Assembly: GCA_027858745.1 (NCBI GenBank) | Contig: JAQICB010000102.1 | Span: 14,892 to 78,891, forward strand | Reading direction: 5' to 3' | Length of the DNA: 64,000 nt | Source: Bacteroidales bacterium | Lineage (GTDB): Bacteria > Bacteroidota > Bacteroidia > Bacteroidales > UBA1715 | In this document: positions 54,991-63,717 of the stretch, piece by piece | Layout: every line of letters begins with the position of its first letter | Position numbering within the stretch: position 1 is the stretch's first letter | Notes under the pieces: model-generated | Database searches by the model: none | Told to the model about the DNA's origin: nothing | The model's input: only the letters and a program-made list of their open reading frames with translations | Position numbers and translations under genes: made by a program

Positions 54991-57420
54991 ATGTGGACAA
55001 AATTAGCAGGGTTTATTTTACGATACCGAACTGTTTTGTTAATAACAGTTTGTGTTATAACACTCGGTATGTTATATCAAGCGAAAGATGTGCATCTTTC
55101 TTATGAATACGCATCATTACTTCCGGAAAAAGATAGTGCTTTTATTGAATATGAAAAGTTTAAAGAGCATTTTGGAGAAGATGCTAATATTATGTTTATC
55201 GCCATTAAAGATAAAAATTTCTTTGAACTCGATAAATTTAATTGTTTCATGGATTTGTCTGATTCGCTATCTAAAATTGAAGGGATTGAGGGCGTTTTTT
55301 CGGTAGCCAATGCTTTTCGGCTCAAAGGTTCACGTTTAACAAAGTTTTTTGAGGAGAAACCTCAATCACAGTATGAGTTAGATTCTATTTCGTCTGCTTT
55401 GTTACAACAAGAATTGTATAAAGGGTTTTTGTTTAATGACACCTCTCATGTTTATATGACGGCTTTGACAATTAATAAGCCTCTATTAGATAGTCCGGCA
55501 CGAGAACAATTGCTCGACTCTATAATTTCTATGTATGATGAATATACTGCTTCAAATAATCAAGAGGTATTTTATTCCGGCTTACCATATATTAGAACTA
55601 AAACATCTTTGAAAATTCAAGGTGAACTGATGTTGTTTGTGATTTTGGCCGCCTTAATATGTTCTCTGATTTTATATATGTTTTTCCGCTCGATCAAAAT
55701 AGTGTTTTTTGCAATGTTAATTGTTGCGTTTGGTGTCGTGTGGGTTATGGGCTGGATGGGCATATTTAATTACGATATTACCATACTGAATGCTTTATTG
55801 CCACCATTGATAATTGTTATTGGTGTTCCCAATAGTGTGTTTTTTTTGAATAAATATCATCATGAGTATGTCTTGCATGGGAATAAAATCAAGGCTCTTC
55901 AGCGGGTAATACGTAAAATTGGTAATGCTACCTTTTTAACGAATCTAACAACAGCTTCCGGTTTCGCAACTTTTATTATTACAGAAAGTAGAATTCTTCA
56001 AGAATTTGGACTTGTTGCTTTTTTAGGTATTTTGAGTGTTTTTGTTTTGTCGCTTTTGCTTATTCCAATTGTATTTAGCTATTTGGATCCACCAAATAAA
56101 AAACAAGTGCGGCATTTAGATAATAAATTTTTTCAGCAAATAATTAAATTATTAACGAAAACGGTGTTGAATTATCGTCCGTTTGTGTATGTGGGGTTTT
56201 TTATTTTATTTGCCGTGGGTATTTGGGGAGTTACCAAAATGGAAAGTACCGGATATATGGTAGACGATTTGCCTCATAATGACCCAATCCTGACAAACCT
56301 GAAATTCATTGAACGTGAGTTTAATGGAGCTTTGCCACTAGAGATATTAGTGCATTCAGATTCAAAAATTAATGTCCTGCAAAATAGAAGTTTTTTACTT
56401 AAAATGGAAAGACTTTCTGATTCGCTTAAAAAATATCCTGAAATATCTAAACCATTATCTATTTTAGAATTAATCAAATTTTCGTGGCAAGCACATAATG
56501 GAGGCGACCCTGATTATTATACCCTACACAACAGTATTGATTTTGGCTTTCAAAACAAAATGAACAGATTTGTGCGTTCGCAAAATAACAAGATGCAATA
56601 TTCTATAGTAGATAGCACAAATACAAGTTTTCGTGTGAAATGTAATGTGAAGGATGTGGGAACAGAACGAATGGAATTTTTAACGCAAGAATTACAAACC
56701 GATTTAGATTCAATTTTTGTTAATGAAAAATATTCAACAACAGTTACAGGTTCAAGTATTGTCTTTTTTAAAGGAACAAAATATTTGATTCGAAATTTAT
56801 TTATTAGTCTCTTTTTAGCTATAATTATTATTGCGGTGTTTATGGCGTGGATGTTTCGTTCGAAACGAATGGTCGTCGTTGCATTGTTACCTAATATTTT
56901 GCCACTTATTTTAACGGCCGCTTTAATGGGATTTTTTAATATTCCTATAAAACCGTCTACAATTCTTGTATTTAGTATTGCATTTGGTATTTCGGTTGAT
57001 GATACTATACACTTTTTGGCGAAATATAGACAAGAACTCAGAATTACAAATTGGAATATTGGAAAATCTGTTGTGCTTGCATTAAAGGAAACGGGAACAA
57101 GTATGATTTATACTTCAATTATTTTGTTTTTTGGTTTTGGAATTTTTATTGCTTCTCAATTTGGTGGAACAGAGGCCTTGGGTTCCTTAGTTGCAATAAC
57201 TCTATTAATAGCAATGCTTTCTAATCTAATAGTATTGCCGAGTTTATTGCTTACGCTCGAAAAGCAGATTTCTAATCAATCGTTTAAGGAACCTTTATTA
57301 CATATTTACAATGAAGAAGATGATATTGAGATAGATGATTTGAAAATTATTTCTCAAAATGAAGATGATGATGATGACGAAACCACCATGCAAAATAATT
57401 CACATGAGAATGATAAATAA
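54991..57420 (+). CDS. RND-superfamily / MMPL-type transporter (sterol-sensing-domain-like, HpnN-like architecture)
   Basis: 809 aa with two repeats of TM1, large loop and a 5-TM bundle. Acidic C-terminal tail. Confidence 0.8.
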   Translation: MWTKLAGFILRYRTVLLITVCVITLGMLYQAKDVHLSYEYASLLPEKDSAFIEYEKFKEHFGEDANIMFIAIKDKNFFELDKFNCFMDLSDSLSKIEGIEGVFSVANAFRLKGSRLTKFFEEKPQSQYELDSISSALLQQELYKGFLFNDTSHVYMTALTINKPLLDSPAREQLLDSIISMYDEYTASNNQEVFYSGLPYIRTKTSLKIQGELMLFVILAALICSLILYMFFRSIKIVFFAMLIVAFGVVWVMGWMGIFNYDITILNALLPPLIIVIGVPNSVFFLNKYHHEYVLHGNKIKALQRVIRKIGNATFLTNLTTASGFATFIITESRILQEFGLVAFLGILSVFVLSLLLIPIVFSYLDPPNKKQVRHLDNKFFQQIIKLLTKTVLNYRPFVYVGFFILFAVGIWGVTKMESTGYMVDDLPHNDPILTNLKFIEREFNGALPLEILVHSDSKINVLQNRSFLLKMERLSDSLKKYPEISKPLSILELIKFSWQAHNGGDPDYYTLHNSIDFGFQNKMNRFVRSQNNKMQYSIVDSTNTSFRVKCNVKDVGTERMEFLTQELQTDLDSIFVNEKYSTTVTGSSIVFFKGTKYLIRNLFISLFLAIIIIAVFMAWMFRSKRMVVVALLPNILPLILTAALMGFFNIPIKPSTILVFSIAFGISVDDTIHFLAKYRQELRITNWNIGKSVVLALKETGTSMIYTSIILFFGFGIFIASQFGGTEALGSLVAITLLIAMLSNLIVLPSLLLTLEKQISNQSFKEPLLHIYNEEDDIEIDDLKIISQNEDDDDDETTMQNNSHENDK

Positions 57421-57426
57421 TCAATT

Positions 57427-57535
57427 ATGAAACTATCCATTATAAAAATCAGTAATATATATTGGGTTATGTCTGAATGTTATACGTGTCTGCCGATTGA
57501 GGTGAGTATGACAGATAAAAGTCAAAATTAAACAT
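57427..57535 (+). promoter_or_regulatory. Conserved structured leader motif, copy C (intercistronic, 5' of the epimerase gene)
   Basis: ATGAAACTATCCAT.. Stem 1: 57437-57444 / 57458-57465. Stem 2: CTGCC 57490-57494 / GGTGAG 57501-57506. GTATGAC, then 26 nt, then ATG. Aligns block-for-block with copies A and B. Confidence 0.45.
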
Positions 57536-58483
57536 ATGAAAACAAAAATATTAGTAACGGGAGGAGCAGGATTTATTGGGAGTGCACTTGTTGATAGGTT
57601 GTTGCAAAATCCTAATTATTGTGTTGTTGTAGCCGATGATCTTTCTACTGGTAATAGACAAAAACTACCAAGCGAACAAAGTGCTTGTTTTAAATTTGTA
57701 CATTGCGATGTAAATGACTATCAAAGCATTGCGGCGGTTATGCATTCAAATTCATTCGACTATGTGTTTCATTATGCAGCTCTTGTGGGTGTGTTGCGTA
57801 CACAAGCTCATCCTTTAAAGGTACTTCAGGATATTGATGGTTTTAGGCATATTTGTAGTTTATCTAAGAATACCGGAGTGAAGCGGGTCTTTTTTGCATC
57901 TTCATCTGAAATTTATGGTGAACCATTCGAAATACCACAACATGTTCATACTACGCCATTGAATTCGCGGGTTCCGTATGCAATTGTAAAAAATGTAGGT
58001 GAAGCGTATTTAAAATCCTATTATCAAGAATATGGATTGGATTATACCATTTTTCGCTTTTTTAATACATATGGTCCAAAACAAAGTGTTGATTTCGTGA
58101 TGAGCAAGTTTATTTCGAAGGCTTTGAGAAATGAAGATATTCATATATATGGTGACGGAACGCAAACGCGAACTTTTTGTTATATTGAAGATAATATTGA
58201 GGCATGTGTGAATGCTTTTGAGAAAAATCTTATGATAAATGATATTGTTAATATTGGTGGAAATACTGAAATTACAATAGAAGAATTAGCACAAATAATT
58301 ATTGATAAAACAAAATCTTCTTCAAAAATTATTTTTATTGACCCTCTTAAAGATGGTGATATGACGCGTCGTTGTCCCGATAATACTCGAATGCGTGAAA
58401 TTCTTCTCAATCGTGAGCTGATATCTCTCGAAGATGGAATTGAAAAATTATTGAAAACGGGATTATTTGATTACTCAGAATGA
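57536..58483 (+). CDS. NAD-dependent epimerase/dehydratase (UDP-glucuronate decarboxylase-like SDR)
   Basis: MKTKILVTGGAGFIGS Rossmann motif. YxxxK (YAIVK). 315 aa. Confidence 0.88.
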   Translation: MKTKILVTGGAGFIGSALVDRLLQNPNYCVVVADDLSTGNRQKLPSEQSACFKFVHCDVNDYQSIAAVMHSNSFDYVFHYAALVGVLRTQAHPLKVLQDIDGFRHICSLSKNTGVKRVFFASSSEIYGEPFEIPQHVHTTPLNSRVPYAIVKNVGEAYLKSYYQEYGLDYTIFRFFNTYGPKQSVDFVMSKFISKALRNEDIHIYGDGTQTRTFCYIEDNIEACVNAFEKNLMINDIVNIGGNTEITIEELAQIIIDKTKSSSKIIFIDPLKDGDMTRRCPDNTRMREILLNRELISLEDGIEKLLKTGLFDYSE

Positions 58484-58484
58484 T

Positions 58485-59477
58485 ATGGAAAGTCTTAAAA
58501 AATATCAGTCTTATATAAACAAAGAATTGTTAGCCCGGATTAATAGTCCTCAATACCAAAATCCTAAAGGCTTGTACGAACCCTGTGCGTATATACTCAA
58601 AAATGGTGGTAAAAGGGTACGGGCATCTTTGGTTTTAATGGCGTCTAAGATGTTTTCCGGTAATTATAATAATGCTATTTCTGTAGCTCTTGCGTTTGAA
58701 ACCTTTCATAATTTTACCCTTATTCATGATGATATTATGGACGGTGCATTAATCCGTCGCGGACAAGATACCGTTCATGTTAAGTGGGATGTGAATACTG
58801 CAATTTTATCCGGAGATGCGGTGATGATTTTAGCATATCAATTTTTTCAAGAGTCTGAATTGCATGTTCCACAGTTGTTTAATTTGTTAAATACGACAGC
58901 TTTGGAAGTGTGTGAGGGGCAGCAGTATGATATTGATCTTGAGCATATGTCTCTTTCTGATTCAATTGTTACTCAGGAGCAACACATTACAATGATTGAG
59001 TTGAAAACATCGGTGTTAATAGCTGCATGTTTAAAGGCTGGTGCTATTATTGGTGGAGCTTCCGAAGAAGATTCAGATTTGTTGTACGAATTTGGGCGAC
59101 ATGTGGGGATAGCATTTCAATTACAGGACGATTTGTTAGATTCATTTGGTAATGTCCACACGTTCGGAAAAAAAATTGGTGGTGATATTTTAGAAAATAA
59201 AAAAACGTTTTTAGTTATAAAAGCATTGCAAAACCTGTCATCTTCAGATGCTCAATTATTAGTTGATTTATATAGTAAAAAGGATATTTCTTCTAAAGAA
59301 AAAATTTCTTCTGTTCTGCATTTGTTTACTAAAGCGGGGGTGAAAGAAGAAACTGAAAAGATTGTTGAAGAGTACTTTGCCAAAGCAGAAAAACATCTTG
59401 AAAAACTTTCTCTTTCTTTTGAGCAAAAAAAGGAATTATATGCATTTCAAAGCGATTTGAAAATGCGGGCATTTTAA
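58485..59477 (+). CDS. Polyprenyl diphosphate synthase family protein
   Basis: First Asp-rich motif LIHDDIMDG and second FQLQDDLLD. ATG 58485 follows the upstream stop directly; the track start at 58467 is TTG. Confidence 0.88.
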   Translation: MESLKKYQSYINKELLARINSPQYQNPKGLYEPCAYILKNGGKRVRASLVLMASKMFSGNYNNAISVALAFETFHNFTLIHDDIMDGALIRRGQDTVHVKWDVNTAILSGDAVMILAYQFFQESELHVPQLFNLLNTTALEVCEGQQYDIDLEHMSLSDSIVTQEQHITMIELKTSVLIAACLKAGAIIGGASEEDSDLLYEFGRHVGIAFQLQDDLLDSFGNVHTFGKKIGGDILENKKTFLVIKALQNLSSSDAQLLVDLYSKKDISSKEKISSVLHLFTKAGVKEETEKIVEEYFAKAEKHLEKLSLSFEQKKELYAFQSDLKMRAF

Positions 59478-59553
59478 ATTTCTTGAGTTGTTTGTATAGT
59501 TTTTGTTTGTGCAAAAAAAACAAGAAATACAATTCTCAAAATATGCTTGATTG

Positions 59554-60078
59554 TTATGGAAGTAGTTCGGCTTTTACTGTGTAATTTGATTGTATGTCAA
59601 GTAGTTGTTCTTCCAAGATGGTCGAATCGCACTCAATACTTATACGGAGTGAAAAGTATTCTGAATTTAAATAATCTTTTAAATTAGTATTTCCTGTTTC
59701 TAAATCGAGATTTTTTCCAATTGTTTCCGGAATATCATATTTCCACGCAATTTTCTCTTCTGATAAATTTTCCGCATTAATAAAAATTTCGAGAGACGAT
59801 AAAAAATTCAAATCGCCTTCATTTGGTAATTTGTGAGAAATTGACATCTCTGAAAGTAGTATCGTGCTAATTAGATTTTTTGATGTGTTATTAAGTTGAT
59901 ATATTGATTCTGTTTTGGTCGGGATGTCAGGTGTTGTAACAACTATAGGTGTGTCTGTTGATACAATTACGGGAACAGTTATTTGTTCAGAATATTGAAT
60001 ATCGAATTGAGTTAATTTATTAATTTCTTCACAACCAAATGCTAGAATTATAAGTGTAAAAAGATAAAATTTTTTCAT
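59554..60078 (-). CDS. Hypothetical lipoprotein
   Basis: MKKFYLFTLIILAFGCEE signal peptide with lipobox. 174 aa, no recognisable domain. Confidence 0.6.
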   Translation of the reverse strand: MKKFYLFTLIILAFGCEEINKLTQFDIQYSEQITVPVIVSTDTPIVVTTPDIPTKTESIYQLNNTSKNLISTILLSEMSISHKLPNEGDLNFLSSLEIFINAENLSEEKIAWKYDIPETIGKNLDLETGNTNLKDYLNSEYFSLRISIECDSTILEEQLLDIQSNYTVKAELLP

Positions 60079-60155
60079 TTTTTTTTGTAAATATATATAT
60101 AATATGTGATGTTTTTGTATATTAGCACATATTTTAAACCAAAAATTTTATAAGT

Positions 60156-60440
60156 ATGAAAAAATTAACGTATGTATTAGGTCTTATTTTAAGTGTAGCA
60201 TTAGTTTCTTGCACATCTTCGGAAACAAAAGATTCTAAAGATGAAACTGTAAAAGAAAAAACAGAACAAGTTGTTAATGATGCAGTTGATCAAGTAAAAG
60301 AAGTTGCTGATTCTGTTGAGCAAAAAACTGATGATGCAATCGACGCAACTGACGAAGCAATTGATGATGCAATGGAAGCAACTGACGAAGCACTTGATGA
60401 TGCAGGGAAAGAAGAAGTTGATGTTAAATTAGAAGAATAA
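60156..60440 (+). CDS. Small acidic lipoprotein with D/E-A-x-D repeats
   Basis: MKKLTYVLGLILSVALVSC lipobox. Repetitive ..DDAIDATDEAIDDAMEATDEALDDAG... 94 aa. Confidence 0.6.
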   Translation: MKKLTYVLGLILSVALVSCTSSETKDSKDETVKEKTEQVVNDAVDQVKEVADSVEQKTDDAIDATDEAIDDAMEATDEALDDAGKEEVDVKLEE

Positions 60441-60459
60441 TTAGCACAAAAATTATTTT

Positions 60460-60499
60460 AAAAAAAACCTATATGTTTTAACGTATAGGTTTTTTTTTA
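60460..60499. terminator. Bidirectional intrinsic terminator
   Basis: A8, stem AACCTATA (60466-60473) / TATAGGTT (60484-60491), T9. Between convergent genes. Confidence 0.75.
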
Positions 60500-60501
60500 T
60501 G

Positions 60502-61083
60502 CTATAATGTGATAAAGTTTTTTAGAATTTGAGCTCCGACAGTTCCACTTTTTTCAGGATGAAACTGAAAGGCAAAATAATTGTCTTTTTCAATTCCGGC
60601 ACTAAAGGGGAGAATGTAATTGCATTCACAACTTGTATTTTTATTTATTTCTGCATAAAAACTATGTACAAAGTACATATAATTTCCCGGTTCAATGTTT
60701 TTTAACAATGTGCCTTGAGTTGTTTCAAGAGTGTTCCAGCCCATGTGTGGAATTTTGTCTTGAGCAGGAAAACGTTTAACTTTTGTGTCAAAAATATCGA
60801 GACAGTCAACATTACCTTCTTCAGAATGCGAGCACATTAATTGCATACCCAAACAAATTCCAAGAACAGGTTTTTGTATTGTTTGTAATACTTCATGAAG
60901 GTTGTATTTCTTGAGATAAGCCATTGCACTTGATGCTTCCCCAACCCCCGGAAAAATAATTTTATCTGCGGCATATAATGTGTCCGCATCGTTGGTTATA
61001 ATTGGTTCAATATCTAGTCTATTGAGAGCATAACTCACTGATTGAATATTTCCGGCATTATATTTTACTATGGCTATTTTCAT
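60502..61083 (-). CDS. hisH: Imidazole glycerol phosphate synthase, glutamine amidotransferase subunit HisH
   Basis: ..YNAGNIQSV.., PGVGEASSAM, nucleophile GICLGMQ, HMGWN and FQFHPEKS fit the HisH pattern. 193 aa. Confidence 0.88.
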   Translation of the reverse strand: MKIAIVKYNAGNIQSVSYALNRLDIEPIITNDADTLYAADKIIFPGVGEASSAMAYLKKYNLHEVLQTIQKPVLGICLGMQLMCSHSEEGNVDCLDIFDTKVKRFPAQDKIPHMGWNTLETTQGTLLKNIEPGNYMYFVHSFYAEINKNTSCECNYILPFSAGIEKDNYFAFQFHPEKSGTVGAQILKNFITL

Positions 61084-61086
61084 TAG

Positions 61087-61872
61087 TTATTTTTTTTGTT
61101 CTCGAATTCCTTGAATAAAAGTATGAATGATTTTTTCTATACTTGTTTGACTCGTTTGTAATGCTTTGATAAAAGCACTTCCGATAATAACACCATGACA
61201 ATATTTGCATGCGGTGGTGTATGATTTATTATCTGATATTCCAAAACCAATTAATTGAGGGGTCGAAAGTTTCATGTTTTGAATCGAGCTGAAGTATGAA
61301 ATCTGTTCTTCACTTATATCTGATGTTTTACCTGTTGTGGCAGCTGATGATACGATATAAATAAATCCATTTGAAATGGAGTCTATTTCTTTGATGCGAG
61401 ACGATGAGGTTTGAGGACTTACTAAGAAAATATTATGTAAGTTGTTTTTTTCGAACAGTTCTTTATAATGTTCAGTGTATTCCCATACAGGCAAATCAGG
61501 AATTATTAAGCCATCAATACCTATAGCATTACACTTTTCGCAAAAAGCTTCAAAACCATATTGATAAATGGGGTTAATATATCCCATAAGAATAAGGGGA
61601 ATAGAAACTGTTTTGCGAATTGTTTCAAGTTGTTCAAAAAGAATAGAAATACTCATGCCGTTTTGTAGGGCTTGTGAGCTGCTATCTTGAATAGTTTTAC
61701 CGTCAGCCAATGGGTCGCTAAAAGGAATACCTATTTCAATCATATCGGCACCGCTTTTTTCGATTTCCGAAATTATTGTTGCTGTATCATCTATATTGGG
61801 AAAGCCGGCAGTAATATATATTGACAGAATGTTTTGTTGTTTCTTTTCAAATAATTGATTGATTCTGTTCAT
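61087..61872 (-). CDS. trpA: Tryptophan synthase alpha chain
   Basis: ..YITAGFP.., ..IEIGIPFSDPLADG.., ..GFGIS.. TrpA motifs. 261 aa. Confidence 0.93.
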   Translation of the reverse strand: MNRINQLFEKKQQNILSIYITAGFPNIDDTATIISEIEKSGADMIEIGIPFSDPLADGKTIQDSSSQALQNGMSISILFEQLETIRKTVSIPLILMGYINPIYQYGFEAFCEKCNAIGIDGLIIPDLPVWEYTEHYKELFEKNNLHNIFLVSPQTSSSRIKEIDSISNGFIYIVSSAATTGKTSDISEEQISYFSSIQNMKLSTPQLIGFGISDNKSYTTACKYCHGVIIGSAFIKALQTSQTSIEKIIHTFIQGIREQKK

Positions 61873-61878
61873 TTCTGT

Positions 61879-63066
61879 TTATTTTAAGTATACATCTTTA
61901 TATTTGAGATATGTTCCCATATCTTTATCGCCTCTTCCGGAAAGATTTACTACAACAATATCATCTTTTTTGAATGTGTTTTTTTCCAGAGCAGCTAAAG
62001 CGTGAGCTGATTCAATTGCCGGAATGATGCCCTCTAATCGTGTTAAAAGAAATCCTGCTTGCAATGCTTCATCATCTGTTGCGTTTTGTGCAATTGCCCG
62101 ACCGGTTTCGAATAAGTGGGCGTGCACCGGACCAATACCGGGATAATCTAATCCCGCAGATATTGAGTAGGGTTCAGTTACTTGTCCGTCTTTGGTTTGC
62201 ATTAATAAGGTTTTGCTTGCATGTAATATACCCGGACTTCCTAAAATACTGGTTGCAGCCGATTTGCCCGAATCAATTCCTTTTCCGGCAGCTTCAACTG
62301 AAATGAGCTTTACTCGCGTGTCATTCAAAAAATGGTAGTATGCACCTATGGCATTACTTCCGCCACCAATACATGCAATAATGTAGTCAGGATAATTTCT
62401 GCCGATTTTTTCTGCTAATTGCCAAGTTATTTCTTCACTAATAATTGATTGTAAGCGAGCAACCATGTCTGGATAAGGGTGTGCGCCAACAACACTTCCA
62501 ATTATATAAAACGAATCAGGATTGTTTATCCAAAAACGGAAAGCTTCATTTGTTGCATCTTTGAGCGTTTTGCTTCCGCTTTTTACAGGAATAACTTGTG
62601 CTCCAAGCATTTCCATTCTTTTAACATTGGGTTGCTGACGTTCAACGTCAACTTCACCCATAAAAACTATGCACTCTAAACCCATTAAAGCACACACTGT
62701 TGCTGTTGCAACACCGTGTTGACCTGCACCTGTTTCTGCAATAATTTTCTTTTTGTTCAGATGTTGTGCAACGAGAACTTGTCCGACGCAATTGTTTATT
62801 TTATGTGCTCCGGTATGATTTAAATCTTCTCGTTTCAGATAAATATTGGTATTGTATTTTTCGGATAATCGTTTTGCAAAATATAGTGGAGACGGACGTC
62901 CAACATATTCGGTAAGTAATTCACGATATTGCTTCTGAAATGATTCTGATTCGAGAATTTGAAGATAATTATCTTGTAATTCTTGAATGTTTGCGTAAAG
63001 CATCTCGGGTATAAACGAGCCACCGTAATTCCCGTAATATCCTTTTGTATCAACAAAGTAGTTCAT
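61879..63066 (-). CDS. trpB: Tryptophan synthase beta chain
   Basis: PLP-lysine motif LNHTGAHKINN, ..GGGSNAIG.. 395 aa. Confidence 0.95.
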   Translation of the reverse strand: MNYFVDTKGYYGNYGGSFIPEMLYANIQELQDNYLQILESESFQKQYRELLTEYVGRPSPLYFAKRLSEKYNTNIYLKREDLNHTGAHKINNCVGQVLVAQHLNKKKIIAETGAGQHGVATATVCALMGLECIVFMGEVDVERQQPNVKRMEMLGAQVIPVKSGSKTLKDATNEAFRFWINNPDSFYIIGSVVGAHPYPDMVARLQSIISEEITWQLAEKIGRNYPDYIIACIGGGSNAIGAYYHFLNDTRVKLISVEAAGKGIDSGKSAATSILGSPGILHASKTLLMQTKDGQVTEPYSISAGLDYPGIGPVHAHLFETGRAIAQNATDDEALQAGFLLTRLEGIIPAIESAHALAALEKNTFKKDDIVVVNLSGRGDKDMGTYLKYKDVYLK

Positions 63067-63083
63067 TGTTATAATCTTTTATA

Positions 63084-63091
63084 CAAAAGTA
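63084..63091 (-). promoter_or_regulatory. -7 box (TACTTTTG) for trpB-trpA-hisH
   Basis: Exact TAnnTTTG match 18 nt upstream of ATG 63066. Confidence 0.55.
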
Positions 63092-63261
63092 GAATTTTTT
63101 TAGTATTAAACGATAGTTCACGGTAATTTTTAGCGTTCATATTTTTAAATAAAGCCTATCAATTTCTCGGAATGATTTGTTCGTTTCAATAATATACAAT
63201 GTTGTAATAATACTTTCCTAAATTCAACTAATAAATGCAACTTTTTCAGAGGAGATAAAGA

Positions 63262-63550
63262 TTAAATTTTTCGAGTTCAGATTAGCTTCGCTGAGCTCGT
63301 CCTTTGTCCTCGGTTGATATAAAAAGCTGTTTATAAAAGCAAATTATTGAATAATAGCGACTTATTATGAAATAATTTAGCGCAGAAAAACTGTTTTTTT
63401 TATGCAAGCATACTTTTTCCGATGATTTAAGGGGCTAATACATCAGTTCAGAAATAATGTAAAATAAACCCTTATTATTTCATTTTTTTTGATTGAACCT
63501 CACTATTTATAAGCGTTCTGAACCTAAAAAATCATATTGAACTCAGGTTA
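63262..63550 (+). mobile_element. MITE-like repeat, copy 2 (left TIR tip missing)
   Basis: Collinear with 36676-36956 (..TTTTTCGAGTTCAGATT..CTGAGCTCG..CGGTTGATATAAAAAGCTGTTTAT..CACTATTTATAAGCGTTCTGAA..). Right end AACTCAGGTTA at 63540-63550. Confidence 0.6.
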
Positions 63551-63684
63551 ATATTATCGAGTACCTTAAGTACTTCAATTTCGAAGGTTTAATTATTTTA
63601 GATATTCAATCAATTCTTAATTACGTATAATTACGTAATTATAATTTTTTTTCTCCTTTCATTTTAGCTTTCAATAATAATATG

Positions 63685-63692
63685 TACTTTTG
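63685..63692 (+). promoter_or_regulatory. -7 box (TACTTTTG) for the DUF1573 gene
   Basis: Exact TAnnTTTG match 26 nt upstream of ATG 63718. Confidence 0.55.
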
Positions 63693-63717
63693 ATTATAAT
63701 TGAAAAACATATACAAT

